64,000 bases of DNA from positions 32,001 through 96,000 of the IMG/VR virus record IMGVR_UViG_3300045971_000149; one strand, written 5' to 3'. Origin of the DNA: a virus. Under the pieces are notes generated by a model. It saw only the letters and a program-made list of their open reading frames with translations, searched no databases and had not been told where the DNA came from. A program made the translations under genes and the position numbers. Shown here one piece after another: positions 29,109 through 36,349 of this stretch. Position 1 is the first letter of the stretch. Every line of letters begins with the position of its first letter.

Positions 29109-29243
29109 TTACTTCTTAGGCTTGACTTGCTTTGCTTCTTGTGCAGCGATCTTGCCGCTGTAGGCCTTGCCTGCTTTGTGGATAAGGCCGGTCTTTGTGT
29201 AAACAATTGTACCGCCAGTGGATGATGCTTTGGATGCTTGCAT
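29109..29243 (-). CDS. Small basic early protein (44 aa)
   Basis: MQASKASSTGGTIVYTKTGLIH; own promoter. Confidence 0.65.
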   Translation of the reverse strand: MQASKASSTGGTIVYTKTGLIHKAGKAYSGKIAAQEAKQVKPKK

Positions 29244-29302
29244 TGTGTATTCCTTTGTTGCTATGTATGTATTATAACGTCTATCTTCTAACCTGTCAAC
29301 CT

Positions 29303-29557
29303 TCAGGGTTCAAACCACTCGGTGCTTTCAACACGAACGAGCTTAGTGCGGGTGAGATGATGGAACTCAGGATCTTCGTCCTGCTCTGCCATCTCCTGGA
29401 AGAAGAAGTGATAATCCTCACCGCTGTCTTCGTCCAATGCACAGAAGGCACCTTCGTCAAAGTCTGTCCATTGCATACGCAGCCACATGCCACCGGGCGT
29501 AACATAGAAGCAAGCACCTTCAGCCGCTTCAAAGATCTGTTTAGCAGTGTATTTCAT
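29303..29557 (-). CDS. Small acidic early protein
   Basis: 84 aa. Confidence 0.7.
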   Translation of the reverse strand: MKYTAKQIFEAAEGACFYVTPGGMWLRMQWTDFDEGAFCALDEDSGEDYHFFFQEMAEQDEDPEFHHLTRTKLVRVESTEWFEP

Positions 29558-29706
29558 TCTGTTTCCTTTTCAACGAATTCGACGTTGTCAATGTCTTCGC
29601 CACGCCCGGGCTCCAAATTAGTCCAGATGGCATCAGCAACCCAATTGCGGGGATGTGATGCTTCATCGTCCAGGATCAAGTCAAAGGATACGCGGTATGT
29701 TTTCAT
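29554..29706 (-). CDS. Small acidic early protein
   Basis: MKTYRVSF after GGAG. Confidence 0.65.
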   Translation of the reverse strand: MKTYRVSFDLILDDEASHPRNWVADAIWTNLEPGRGEDIDNVEFVEKETE

Positions 29707-29707
29707 T

Positions 29708-29872
29708 TCAGTAATCTCCGTAGACTGCGTCAAGTTGCTCTTCAAAGTCAGCGATGATCTCTTCCACAATCTCCTGCGGCACAGAAGTAATAGCAGCAAT
29801 CTCGTCAGCAGCAAGACCTTGCTCGTCGTACAGCTCAGTAATCTCGCAGTACAGTTCTTTCATTTTGGACAT
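29708..29872 (-). CDS. Small very acidic protein, HTH-like
   Basis: MSKMKEL..GLAADEIAAITSVPQEIVEEII. Confidence 0.65.
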   Translation of the reverse strand: MSKMKELYCEITELYDEQGLAADEIAAITSVPQEIVEEIIADFEEQLDAVYGDY

Positions 29873-29942
29873 TGTGTGTTCCTTTGTTGCTATGTATGTA
29901 TGTATTATAACAGCCTTTTTACGGGCTGTCATCAAAGACCCT

Positions 29943-30191
29943 TTACACTAGTCGGAAATTCTTGCTGAGGAACTTTGACACTTTGCTGTAACCGTGCTCC
30001 TTAATCAGCTCGCTCACCAGTGCGTCTGCTTCGGGCGCATTGCCGCAAGTGGTCATACGATCTGCATCCAGCACCATTTCGATTGCATCCCCATTGGACT
30101 CGCAGAACTCCATAGCATCGGAACCAATGTAGTTCCAAGTTGCGTAAACGGCTTGATTGAGTTGGGAAATAACTGTTGCGTCTAGCTTCAT
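29943..30191 (-). CDS. Small early hypothetical protein
   Basis: Own promoter/RBS. Confidence 0.7.
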   Translation of the reverse strand: MKLDATVISQLNQAVYATWNYIGSDAMEFCESNGDAIEMVLDADRMTTCGNAPEADALVSELIKEHGYSKVSKFLSKNFRLV

Positions 30192-30290
30192 ACTGTACTC
30201 CTTGTTGCGATGTATGTATTATAGCGCCTATTGAAAAAACAGTCAAGAGAAACCCGCCACAAAGGACGGGTTTAAGTGAGCTAGGAAAGC

Positions 30291-30563
30291 TTACAGAGTG
30301 ATGCCAAGTGCACGCGCCTTGAAGCCCAATGCAACGATCTCACGGCTTGGACGTCCGAGTTCGTATTCTGTGACTACAACGCCATTGCCAGCAGTGCGAG
30401 TATTTGCGTAGACTGCGTATCCGAATTGACGGATACGTGATGCTTCTGCGCGTAGATTGCCAACTGAGAAGCGATTACGTGCTTCTGCTTGTGTCAACTT
30501 CTCGCCTGCTGCCAATGCTGCGAATACCTTACCGGTCTTAGTGTCTTGATTAATCTTCTTCAT
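30291..30563 (-). CDS. Winged-helix DNA-binding protein
   Basis: LTQAEARNRFSVGNLRAEASRIRQFGYAV pattern typical of small phage wHTH. Confidence 0.6.
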   Translation of the reverse strand: MKKINQDTKTGKVFAALAAGEKLTQAEARNRFSVGNLRAEASRIRQFGYAVYANTRTAGNGVVVTEYELGRPSREIVALGFKARALGITL

Positions 30564-30625
30564 TTGTTATTCCTTGTAATACTGCTTAACAGTTAATACA
30601 AGTATAACAACAACGATTTGGTAAA

Positions 30626-30847
30626 TCAAGCACTTATCTTGCCAAATTCCTTTTTCGTGTGATAGTTAGCCAGCATCTCGTGTACCATACTAACTACATT
30701 GTCGTGATCTTCAGTTAGAAGGAACTGAACAGGGCTTTTACTCCAAGAGCGGTTCTTCAAGAACTCTGAATAGATATCACGATGCTTCTTGTCCGCCGGA
30801 TTGAACATTACAGTCGGACGGCCATAGTTTTGCAAAACGCTTGCCAT
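30626..30847 (-). CDS. Small hypothetical protein
   Basis: FNPADKKHR..SWSKSPVQF. Confidence 0.7.
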   Translation of the reverse strand: MASVLQNYGRPTVMFNPADKKHRDIYSEFLKNRSWSKSPVQFLLTEDHDNVVSMVHEMLANYHTKKEFGKISA

Positions 30848-30848
30848 A

Positions 30849-31070
30849 TTAGCTAGACTTTATAGAAGATTTAAACAACAAGCCGCACAGGACATTGATT
30901 CCTAATGCAGTCCATACAGAGTTGATTGGATGAATTCCGTCAACAACTCCTACCAAGCAATCATTCCATAGCCACATTGTAGGGTATGCAAACAGCAATG
31001 CCATTACCACAACGATTGCAACAATGCCAACGATTCCGACAATAACAACAAACAACTTATCCATATTCAA
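30849..31070 (-). CDS. Small membrane protein
   Basis: Two hydrophobic segments, MWLWN. Confidence 0.7.
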   Translation of the reverse strand: MNMDKLFVVIVGIVGIVAIVVVMALLFAYPTMWLWNDCLVGVVDGIHPINSVWTALGINVLCGLLFKSSIKSS

Positions 31071-31111
31071 CTCCAGTTAAAGTACTATACAGCGGGGTCT
31101 TGGGTATTGAA

Positions 31112-31549
31112 TTAAACCAATGCTTCGCCAACGGCCTTAAGTGCTTCGTCGTCGGTAAGCTTCTTCTTAATAACTGCCTTTGCTTCGGCGATAGTCACGA
31201 GCGGGCCAGTAGGGCCTTCAACTGCGGGCAGCTTAGCCTTAACAGCTTTAGTCTTTGCAGGAGCTTCCTTCTTGGGCTTGTCTTTGGATGCAGCTTTAGG
31301 AGCGGGTTCGGAACGCTTGTCAACTTCAGCTTCCAATGCAGCACGGATCTCTGCTTTGCCGTTGTCAAAGTCAATGCCGATCAAATATGCAACTGCATCT
31401 TCCTTGGACATTGGGTGTTTCAATTCCACGATATCAATATCAACGTGGCCGTTCTTTGCAAGCACCTTAACGCGCATTGCGTCATTGGCATAGCGAACTT
31501 TGTATTCGCCGTTCAGTTTAGATACGCCAGCATGTGAAAAAGTAGTCAT
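31112..31549 (-). CDS. Early protein, paralog of 20090..20359, with Lys/Ala/Pro tail
   Basis: GVSKLNG..VRYAND..VLAKNGHVD. Confidence 0.75.
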   Translation of the reverse strand: MTTFSHAGVSKLNGEYKVRYANDAMRVKVLAKNGHVDIDIVELKHPMSKEDAVAYLIGIDFDNGKAEIRAALEAEVDKRSEPAPKAASKDKPKKEAPAKTKAVKAKLPAVEGPTGPLVTIAEAKAVIKKKLTDDEALKAVGEALV

Positions 31550-31635
31550 TTGTAGTTCCTTCTGTGTGTGTTTTAAACAGCACCTTGCTGTCTATGTGTT
31601 AATTATAACGCCTAATGGAAAATTCGTCAACCAAT

Positions 31636-31749
31636 TTATTGTTGTTTTTCTGCAACAATATTGAAGCCTGCTTCGGCTTGCTCATCTGCTTCGTATTGTG
31701 TATACACTGTGAACAGGTACAGTTCACCGTCCCAAATTTGATAGCTCAT
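31636..31749 (-). CDS. Very small acidic protein (37 aa)
   Basis: MSYQIWDGELYLFTV; overlaps upstream stop. Confidence 0.55.
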   Translation of the reverse strand: MSYQIWDGELYLFTVYTQYEADEQAEAGFNIVAEKQQ

Positions 31750-32165
31750 TCCGCATCCTTTGCCATAGCTGTAGTCAGGTCTTCAAAACCGTTGTCGTCA
31801 ATGTTCACATACCACTTGCCGTCAGTACGCAGGATGTAGTCAAATCCTTGCATGTCTCCGCTGTTTTGGTAGTGCAGGAAGTCAGTAAAGCGTTCCTTGC
31901 CTTGCTCAGTATCACCGCGATCGCGTCCGTAGAACACGCATACGCCCTTCTGTGCGTTTTCGAACCAATGTGCCCCGGTTGGCTCAACAGCCGCAGCAAG
32001 GACGGATACATTGCCCAAATCGATTAGCTTTTGCAGCTTGAACGGATCGCTGTAGCTATCGCGCAAGATGCGTCCATTGTGCGACAAGTAACCATCCCAG
32101 TGGCAATACACTTGCTCTACTGTGCCGTCTGCATACTCGAGTGCGATCGTGCTGTTTGTGCTCAT
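31746..32165 (-). CDS. Conserved phage early protein
   Basis: VYCHWDGY, FYGRDRG motifs. Confidence 0.75.
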   Translation of the reverse strand: MSTNSTIALEYADGTVEQVYCHWDGYLSHNGRILRDSYSDPFKLQKLIDLGNVSVLAAAVEPTGAHWFENAQKGVCVFYGRDRGDTEQGKERFTDFLHYQNSGDMQGFDYILRTDGKWYVNIDDNGFEDLTTAMAKDAE

Positions 32166-32215
32166 TACGTTCCTTTGTTGCTATGTATGTATTATAGCGC
32201 CTTTCGGCGCTGCTG

Positions 32216-32455
32216 TCAAACGATGCTAGCAATAACCACTTTACTAGCAGGGTCAAACTTCAAGTACACTTTTGCCTTTACAAGCTTATCTACCTCCAGC
32301 ATTGTTACAGCATAGCAGAACTCACTGCCGTTAGTTAAGCCCAAAAACTTTGCACTTTGGAACAGCATATTCTTGTTCCCTTGTGCTTCCAACGTAAGCG
32401 CAAGACCTGCGTCGTCGTATGTAGTAAGCATCTTGAGCTGTGCGGCTGTGATCAT
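32216..32455 (-). CDS. Small early hypothetical protein
   Basis: MITAAQL; own promoter. Confidence 0.7.
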   Translation of the reverse strand: MITAAQLKMLTTYDDAGLALTLEAQGNKNMLFQSAKFLGLTNGSEFCYAVTMLEVDKLVKAKVYLKFDPASKVVIASIV

Positions 32456-32505
32456 GTATACTCCTTGTTGCGATGTATGTATTATAGCGCCTTTCGGCGC
32501 TGCTG

Positions 32506-32880
32506 TCAAGCCTTCCAGTTGTAACGCGGATCGTACTCTTTGTTGATCTTTTGTATAGCTTGAAACGCAAACTCCTGCGACTTGCGCACTGCAACCTTCA
32601 CCTTACCTGCACGTTGCTTCTTAGCTTCGTACAGCGACTCGTACCATGTAGCGCCGTGGTCGGGGCTGTAGCGCATGGGCTTGTAATACTTTGTGCCCTT
32701 CAGCTGGCGCGTAAGGTAGCCGTAAGTAGTGTCAGTCCACTTAAAGCCACGATCGTAGCTGCCGCTTTGGCTGTTGCGCTCATACAACACAACAGTCACT
32801 ACATACTTGCCCAACAGGCATTCCTTGCCTTCGTTTGCTACATACTCTGCTACTACAGGTGTTGGGGAAAGTGTCTTCAT
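32506..32880 (-). CDS. Early hypothetical protein
   Basis: Own promoter/RBS. Confidence 0.7.
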   Translation of the reverse strand: MKTLSPTPVVAEYVANEGKECLLGKYVVTVVLYERNSQSGSYDRGFKWTDTTYGYLTRQLKGTKYYKPMRYSPDHGATWYESLYEAKKQRAGKVKVAVRKSQEFAFQAIQKINKEYDPRYNWKA

Positions 32881-32943
32881 AGTGTGTTCCTTGTTGCGAT
32901 GTATGTATTATAGCGTCTTTCAATAACCCTGTCAACCGATGGG

Positions 32944-33306
32944 TTATTCCCAGTTCACACTTATGTTGACTTCAACATCCTTTAGGCCGCCAGCGAGATC
33001 GTACTTGATGCCAGTGACGATAGCGCCGTACAGTACGTCTTTCAGTTGTGCTTTGACCTCTGTAACAAGGTCAGCGAGCAGATCGTCGAGCATGTCTTCG
33101 ACGCTATGTCTAACACCGCTTAGAGTTGCTTGCAGTTCGTCGCGTGTAGTGCCCATCTCACCGTCACCGTCGCACATCATGTCAACATAAGCTTCAGTTT
33201 GGTCGGCGAGCGCTTTACGCACGATTGCCTGCGCCACTTGCTTTTGTTTCCACATGATGTCGTGAGCGCCGAAGTTCTCTACAGGTGTTTTAACGATAAC
33301 GGTCAT
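32944..33306 (-). CDS. Early hypothetical protein
   Basis: GAGGAG RBS. Confidence 0.7.
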   Translation of the reverse strand: MTVIVKTPVENFGAHDIMWKQKQVAQAIVRKALADQTEAYVDMMCDGDGEMGTTRDELQATLSGVRHSVEDMLDDLLADLVTEVKAQLKDVLYGAIVTGIKYDLAGGLKDVEVNISVNWE

Positions 33307-33309
33307 ACA

Positions 33310-33546
33310 TTACTCCTCTTCTGTTGTAAACTCAGCTTGCAGTGCTTCTTTCCACTCGGAATTGCGTTCCACCCAATCGTGCACAAAGCCCAGCATTGCT
33401 TCCAATGCGCCGCTGTTATCTGCAAGGAAGTCTGTCACATCCCTGTAGCCGAGCACTTTAACCACTTGCTCAAACTTGCGCACGCCGCTATGGCCTTCGA
33501 AGCTATACAAGTTTTCCTGATCTAAATACAAGTCTAGTGCGTTCAT
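33310..33546 (-). CDS. Small acidic early protein
   Basis: FLADNSGA motif; own promoter. Confidence 0.7.
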   Translation of the reverse strand: MNALDLYLDQENLYSFEGHSGVRKFEQVVKVLGYRDVTDFLADNSGALEAMLGFVHDWVERNSEWKEALQAEFTTEEE

Positions 33547-33628
33547 TGTGTACTCCTTGTTGCGATGTATGTATTATAACAAAGAAACGGACTACTGTCA
33601 ACCAATAGCCCGCCGCCCTGTAGGGCCT

Positions 33629-33901
33629 TTAGAAGTACATCACCCGGGTGCGATCTGTGTTTTCAAAGCGTTCCGGGAAGTCCAGGATACCTTGCTCGTT
33701 ATAGCGAACGCCCGGGTTGCCTTCGCACTCACCGTTGATCAGTGATCGGAAGCCGCGATAGTTGCCTGTCTGATGCAGTACTGCTTCGAGCACGTTCATT
33801 GCACCTTGTCGCACATCAACACGATCGGGAGCACTGTTCTTGCAGATGCCGTTAACCATATCAGTGAGTTCCGAAACACTAAACGTTTTGCGCTTTGTCA
33901 T
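33629..33901 (-). CDS. Small early hypothetical protein
   Basis: LHQTGNYRGF; own promoter. Confidence 0.7.
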   Translation of the reverse strand: MTKRKTFSVSELTDMVNGICKNSAPDRVDVRQGAMNVLEAVLHQTGNYRGFRSLINGECEGNPGVRYNEQGILDFPERFENTDRTRVMYF

Positions 33902-33978
33902 CTTTAACTCCTTGTTGTTTAAGTATGTATTATAACGTCATTCTGCAATACAGTCAACCAAAGACCCTACAGTCTGCT

Positions 33979-34167
33979 CTAGTACTTTCCAGCATCCACA
34001 AACGTACGATCCTTAGCAAAGAAGGTCATTGGCTTGCTTAAGACTACGGGCTCGTTGGATCCTGCCTTTATGTATGCAAAGAGCCGTGTCTTGTCCGTAG
34101 AGAGCAAGTAGATGTGGTTGGGAGCTGTGACGCTCCACTTGGTTGTCTCCTGGAAGTATCGCATCAA
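33979..34167 (-). CDS. Small early hypothetical protein
   Basis: QETTKW..PNHIYLL. Confidence 0.65.
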   Translation of the reverse strand: MMRYFQETTKWSVTAPNHIYLLSTDKTRLFAYIKAGSNEPVVLSKPMTFFAKDRTFVDAGKY

Positions 34168-34496
34168 TCCATCCTGTCGTCTGCGTAGAACTTAACGCCC
34201 AGCCGTGCAGTAAGCAGATCAGCAGCAGCCTGCGCACCTGCGCTCAGTGCATCCACGCTCTGCGAATTGCTCTTGCTGGGATTCCACAGTTGATAGCCGC
34301 CGCCATATGTCTTAGAGAAGCCGTACTTCTTCAGTTCGCGCACAAGCTTAGAAGTGCCTTTCTCATAGGTCTTAACCCAGGCAAAACCGCAAGCACCGCG
34401 ATCACCGTGTTTGGAAAGGAATGCAGCGGTTGCTTTGGAAGCTTCCTGCATAGCATCTGCAACAGCGACCTTAACGTGAGTGTTAACTTCTTGCAT
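34164..34496 (-). CDS. Conserved phage early protein
   Basis: GACGFAWV, QSVDA motifs. Confidence 0.75.
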   Translation of the reverse strand: MQEVNTHVKVAVADAMQEASKATAAFLSKHGDRGACGFAWVKTYEKGTSKLVRELKKYGFSKTYGGGYQLWNPSKSNSQSVDALSAGAQAAADLLTARLGVKFYADDRMD

Positions 34497-34557
34497 ATCA
34501 ACTCCTAGTGTGTTTGTGTAAGTATGTATTATAACGCCGTTTTACAGAACTGTCAAC

Positions 34558-34869
34558 CTACATCGACCAATAAGATTCGTATGCGGGCGACATGAAGCAA
34601 GGAGTGTCCTCTGCTTCCATGTAGGGCAGGCCGGACATGAGGTTGATCCGCTCGACCATCTTCACGGGGCGCTTGCTGTACTCAGCGACTGCCATCACCT
34701 TCCATTGCACAACATCCTTGCCGTCTACAACGACCAACTCGTATCCAGTGTACTCTCTGTTCAAACGAGTACATTGTGCCTTAGCAGCACGTTCGGTCTT
34801 GTACTTGGACGGGAGCCAGTAGTGCTTACCGTAGGGCTTTTCCGTTCCAACATTGATTACATACCACAT
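34558..34869 (-). CDS. Early hypothetical protein
   Basis: C-term NLMSG..DTPCFMSPAYESYWSM. Confidence 0.75.
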   Translation of the reverse strand: MWYVINVGTEKPYGKHYWLPSKYKTERAAKAQCTRLNREYTGYELVVVDGKDVVQWKVMAVAEYSKRPVKMVERINLMSGLPYMEAEDTPCFMSPAYESYWSM

Positions 34870-34878
34870 ATCAAACTC

Positions 34879-35025
34879 CTATCGGTTGTTGCGACGCACG
34901 TTGATGTGCATATCGTAGCTGTCGTGATTGACTAAGCTATCCCATACAGTCCACTTGTCAGTAAGCTTACTGAAGAACACAGTGTCAATCAGCTTGCCAT
35001 TCAAGTACACGTTCCAAGCTTGCAT
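34879..35025 (-). CDS. Small early protein (48 aa)
   Basis: MQAWNVYLNGKLIDTVF..SLVNHD; own promoter. Confidence 0.7.
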   Translation of the reverse strand: MQAWNVYLNGKLIDTVFFSKLTDKWTVWDSLVNHDSYDMHINVRRNNR

Positions 35026-35067
35026 GTCTACTCCTTGTTGCGATGTATGTATTATAACACCGTTTGG

Positions 35068-35259
35068 CTACGCTGTCAACCTATAGAACGAGTGTATGTC
35101 GTTCTCTGCATCATACCGGATCTCAACATTGCCCACGGTGCAGTTATCATCTTCGTCTACTGCACAGGCAAACTCATTGACATCACTCCACGGCAGGTAC
35201 GGGTTAGTACATTCACCATCTGCGTCAAACGAGTCAACGCAGTTGCCAAGGTATGTCAT
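35068..35259 (-). CDS. Small acidic early protein
   Basis: MTYLGNCVDSFD. Confidence 0.65.
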   Translation of the reverse strand: MTYLGNCVDSFDADGECTNPYLPWSDVNEFACAVDEDDNCTVGNVEIRYDAENDIHSFYRLTA

Positions 35260-35260
35260 T

Positions 35261-35482
35261 TTAGCAATCCGGATCGTAGTCTGCCCACTCTTGGGCTTCA
35301 TCGGGCTGGCCGTCGTTCTCTTCTTCGTAGTCTTCATCAAAGCGCTCGCTCAACTCGTTAGCATCCAGCATGCCTGCAACGTCATCCTCGGACATGTACG
35401 ACATGCACATATCCACAACAGCTTCGTGGCTGATAGCGCCCTGGTCAAGCAGATCATACAAACGGTTAGTAGCTTTGCGCAT
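35261..35482 (-). CDS. Small very acidic early protein
   Basis: YMSEDDVAGML..DGQPDEAQEWADYDPDC. Confidence 0.75.
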   Translation of the reverse strand: MRKATNRLYDLLDQGAISHEAVVDMCMSYMSEDDVAGMLDANELSERFDEDYEEENDGQPDEAQEWADYDPDC

Positions 35483-35517
35483 AGTGTGCTCCTTGTTGCG
35501 ATATATGTATTATAGCG

Positions 35518-35871
35518 TCAAACAACGAAAGCGTCAAGCTTTCTTTTCAAAGACCCTACATTGCGAAGGGCTTCTTCAACCGCTTCGTTGATCATGTCAT
35601 CAGCAGTTCCGTCCGTAAGTACTTCTTTGGCATCCTCGTAGCAGCAACCTCCAACACAGGCATCGCCCATAGTATAGCCGTCGAGCAACACACGAACCCG
35701 CAGGAAGAACCAATCGTAGATGCCGTTATCGATCTTCTCACAGATCTCTTTTACATCCGGCGTATCAAAGCAATCGCGGGGATGTATGCTATCTTCGTAG
35801 GACTTATCCACAATGACTTCAAATCCGTCTTCACGTGTATAACGTTTGAGTTCGTCGTAATAGCGTTGCAT
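35518..35871 (-). CDS. Acidic early hypothetical protein
   Basis: MQRYYDEL; VGGCCY. Confidence 0.7.
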   Translation of the reverse strand: MQRYYDELKRYTREDGFEVIVDKSYEDSIHPRDCFDTPDVKEICEKIDNGIYDWFFLRVRVLLDGYTMGDACVGGCCYEDAKEVLTDGTADDMINEAVEEALRNVGSLKRKLDAFVV

Positions 35872-35881
35872 AGTGTGCTCC

Positions 35882-36085
35882 TTAGTATTCAATCAATGTC
35901 TTAACACCAAACATGTATCCCAGCTTGATCAACGAGCTGCGAGTAGGTTCGCAGGAGTTGTCGTCTAGCTTGAAGATCTCGTCACGCAGAGCATCGGGTG
36001 CAGCTTCAAACAATTCGTAGATGCCACGACCTTCTGCATCATTTAAATCCTTACAAGCTTCAGCGAAGTCTTTAAGAGTCTGCAT
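35882..36085 (-). CDS. Small early hypothetical protein (first of array)
   Basis: Own promoter/RBS. Confidence 0.7.
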   Translation of the reverse strand: MQTLKDFAEACKDLNDAEGRGIYELFEAAPDALRDEIFKLDDNSCEPTRSSLIKLGYMFGVKTLIEY

Positions 36086-36178
36086 AGTAGTTCCTTTGTG
36101 TTTAAGTATGTATTATAGCGTAAATCGGCAAAGCTGTCATCAAAGACCTTATAGTGTAGTAGGACTCTGGGATACCGG

Positions 36179-36207
36179 TTGACGCTTTACCAAAACGGTG
36201 TTATAAT
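36179..36207 (+). promoter_or_regulatory. Divergent early-type promoter
   Basis: TTGACG-17-TATAAT with extended TG, followed by ACATGCAT like the array leaders. Confidence 0.8.
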
Positions 36208-36212
36208 ACATG

Positions 36213-36347
36213 CATAAGAAGAAAAGCTCATAGAGCAACAAGAATGTTTCGAAGCACAATAAAGCGGGATGGACGGCGAGGGTGCGCGTCCGGATTGGCA
36301 CTATACATAAAAGAAAACCCGTGTTACTCGAAATAACACAGGTTATT
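36213..36347 (+). ncRNA. Candidate small RNA
   Basis: Between strong promoter and hairpin 36316-36345; no RBS-led ORF. Confidence 0.5.
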
Positions 36348-36349
36348 AA

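Larger units (their letters stand above)
18421..36140 (-). promoter_or_regulatory. Array of ~38 repeated sigma70-type early promoter/leader units
   Basis: -10 boxes (first + coordinate): 18435, 19410, 19691, 20392, 20678, 20781, 21236, 21685, 22279, 22493, 22834, 23245, 23754, 24146, 24389, 25238, 25415, 25784, 26071, 26521, 26838, 27178, 27577, 28835, 29271, 29904, 30218, 30601, 31602, 32191, 32481, 32907, 33573, 33929, 34528, 35051, 35509, 36112; each has a TTGACA-like -35 at 17 nt; consensus leader ACATACATCGCAACAAGGAG. Confidence 0.95.
18466..36163. promoter_or_regulatory. Repeated dyad AAwrrCCC-N11-GGGyywTT at early promoters
   Basis: CCC starts at 18466, 19441, 19723, 20424, 20710, 23289, 24409, 26091, 26557, 27609, 32927, 33609, 35554; variant CCT-N11-AGG at 36147. 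Confidence 0.85.

Noticed and set aside
17621-35591. Numerous plus-strand ORFs in the early region (many beginning MYSLLRCMYY or CCDVCII)
   Set aside because: Antisense shadows; the shared peptides are translations of the promoter repeat and lack RBSs
18421-36140. Repeated ttgttgcgatgtatgtattata as a CRISPR array
   Set aside because: Intervals are hundreds of bp, variable and protein-coding; the repeat is a -10 box plus RBS; no cas genes
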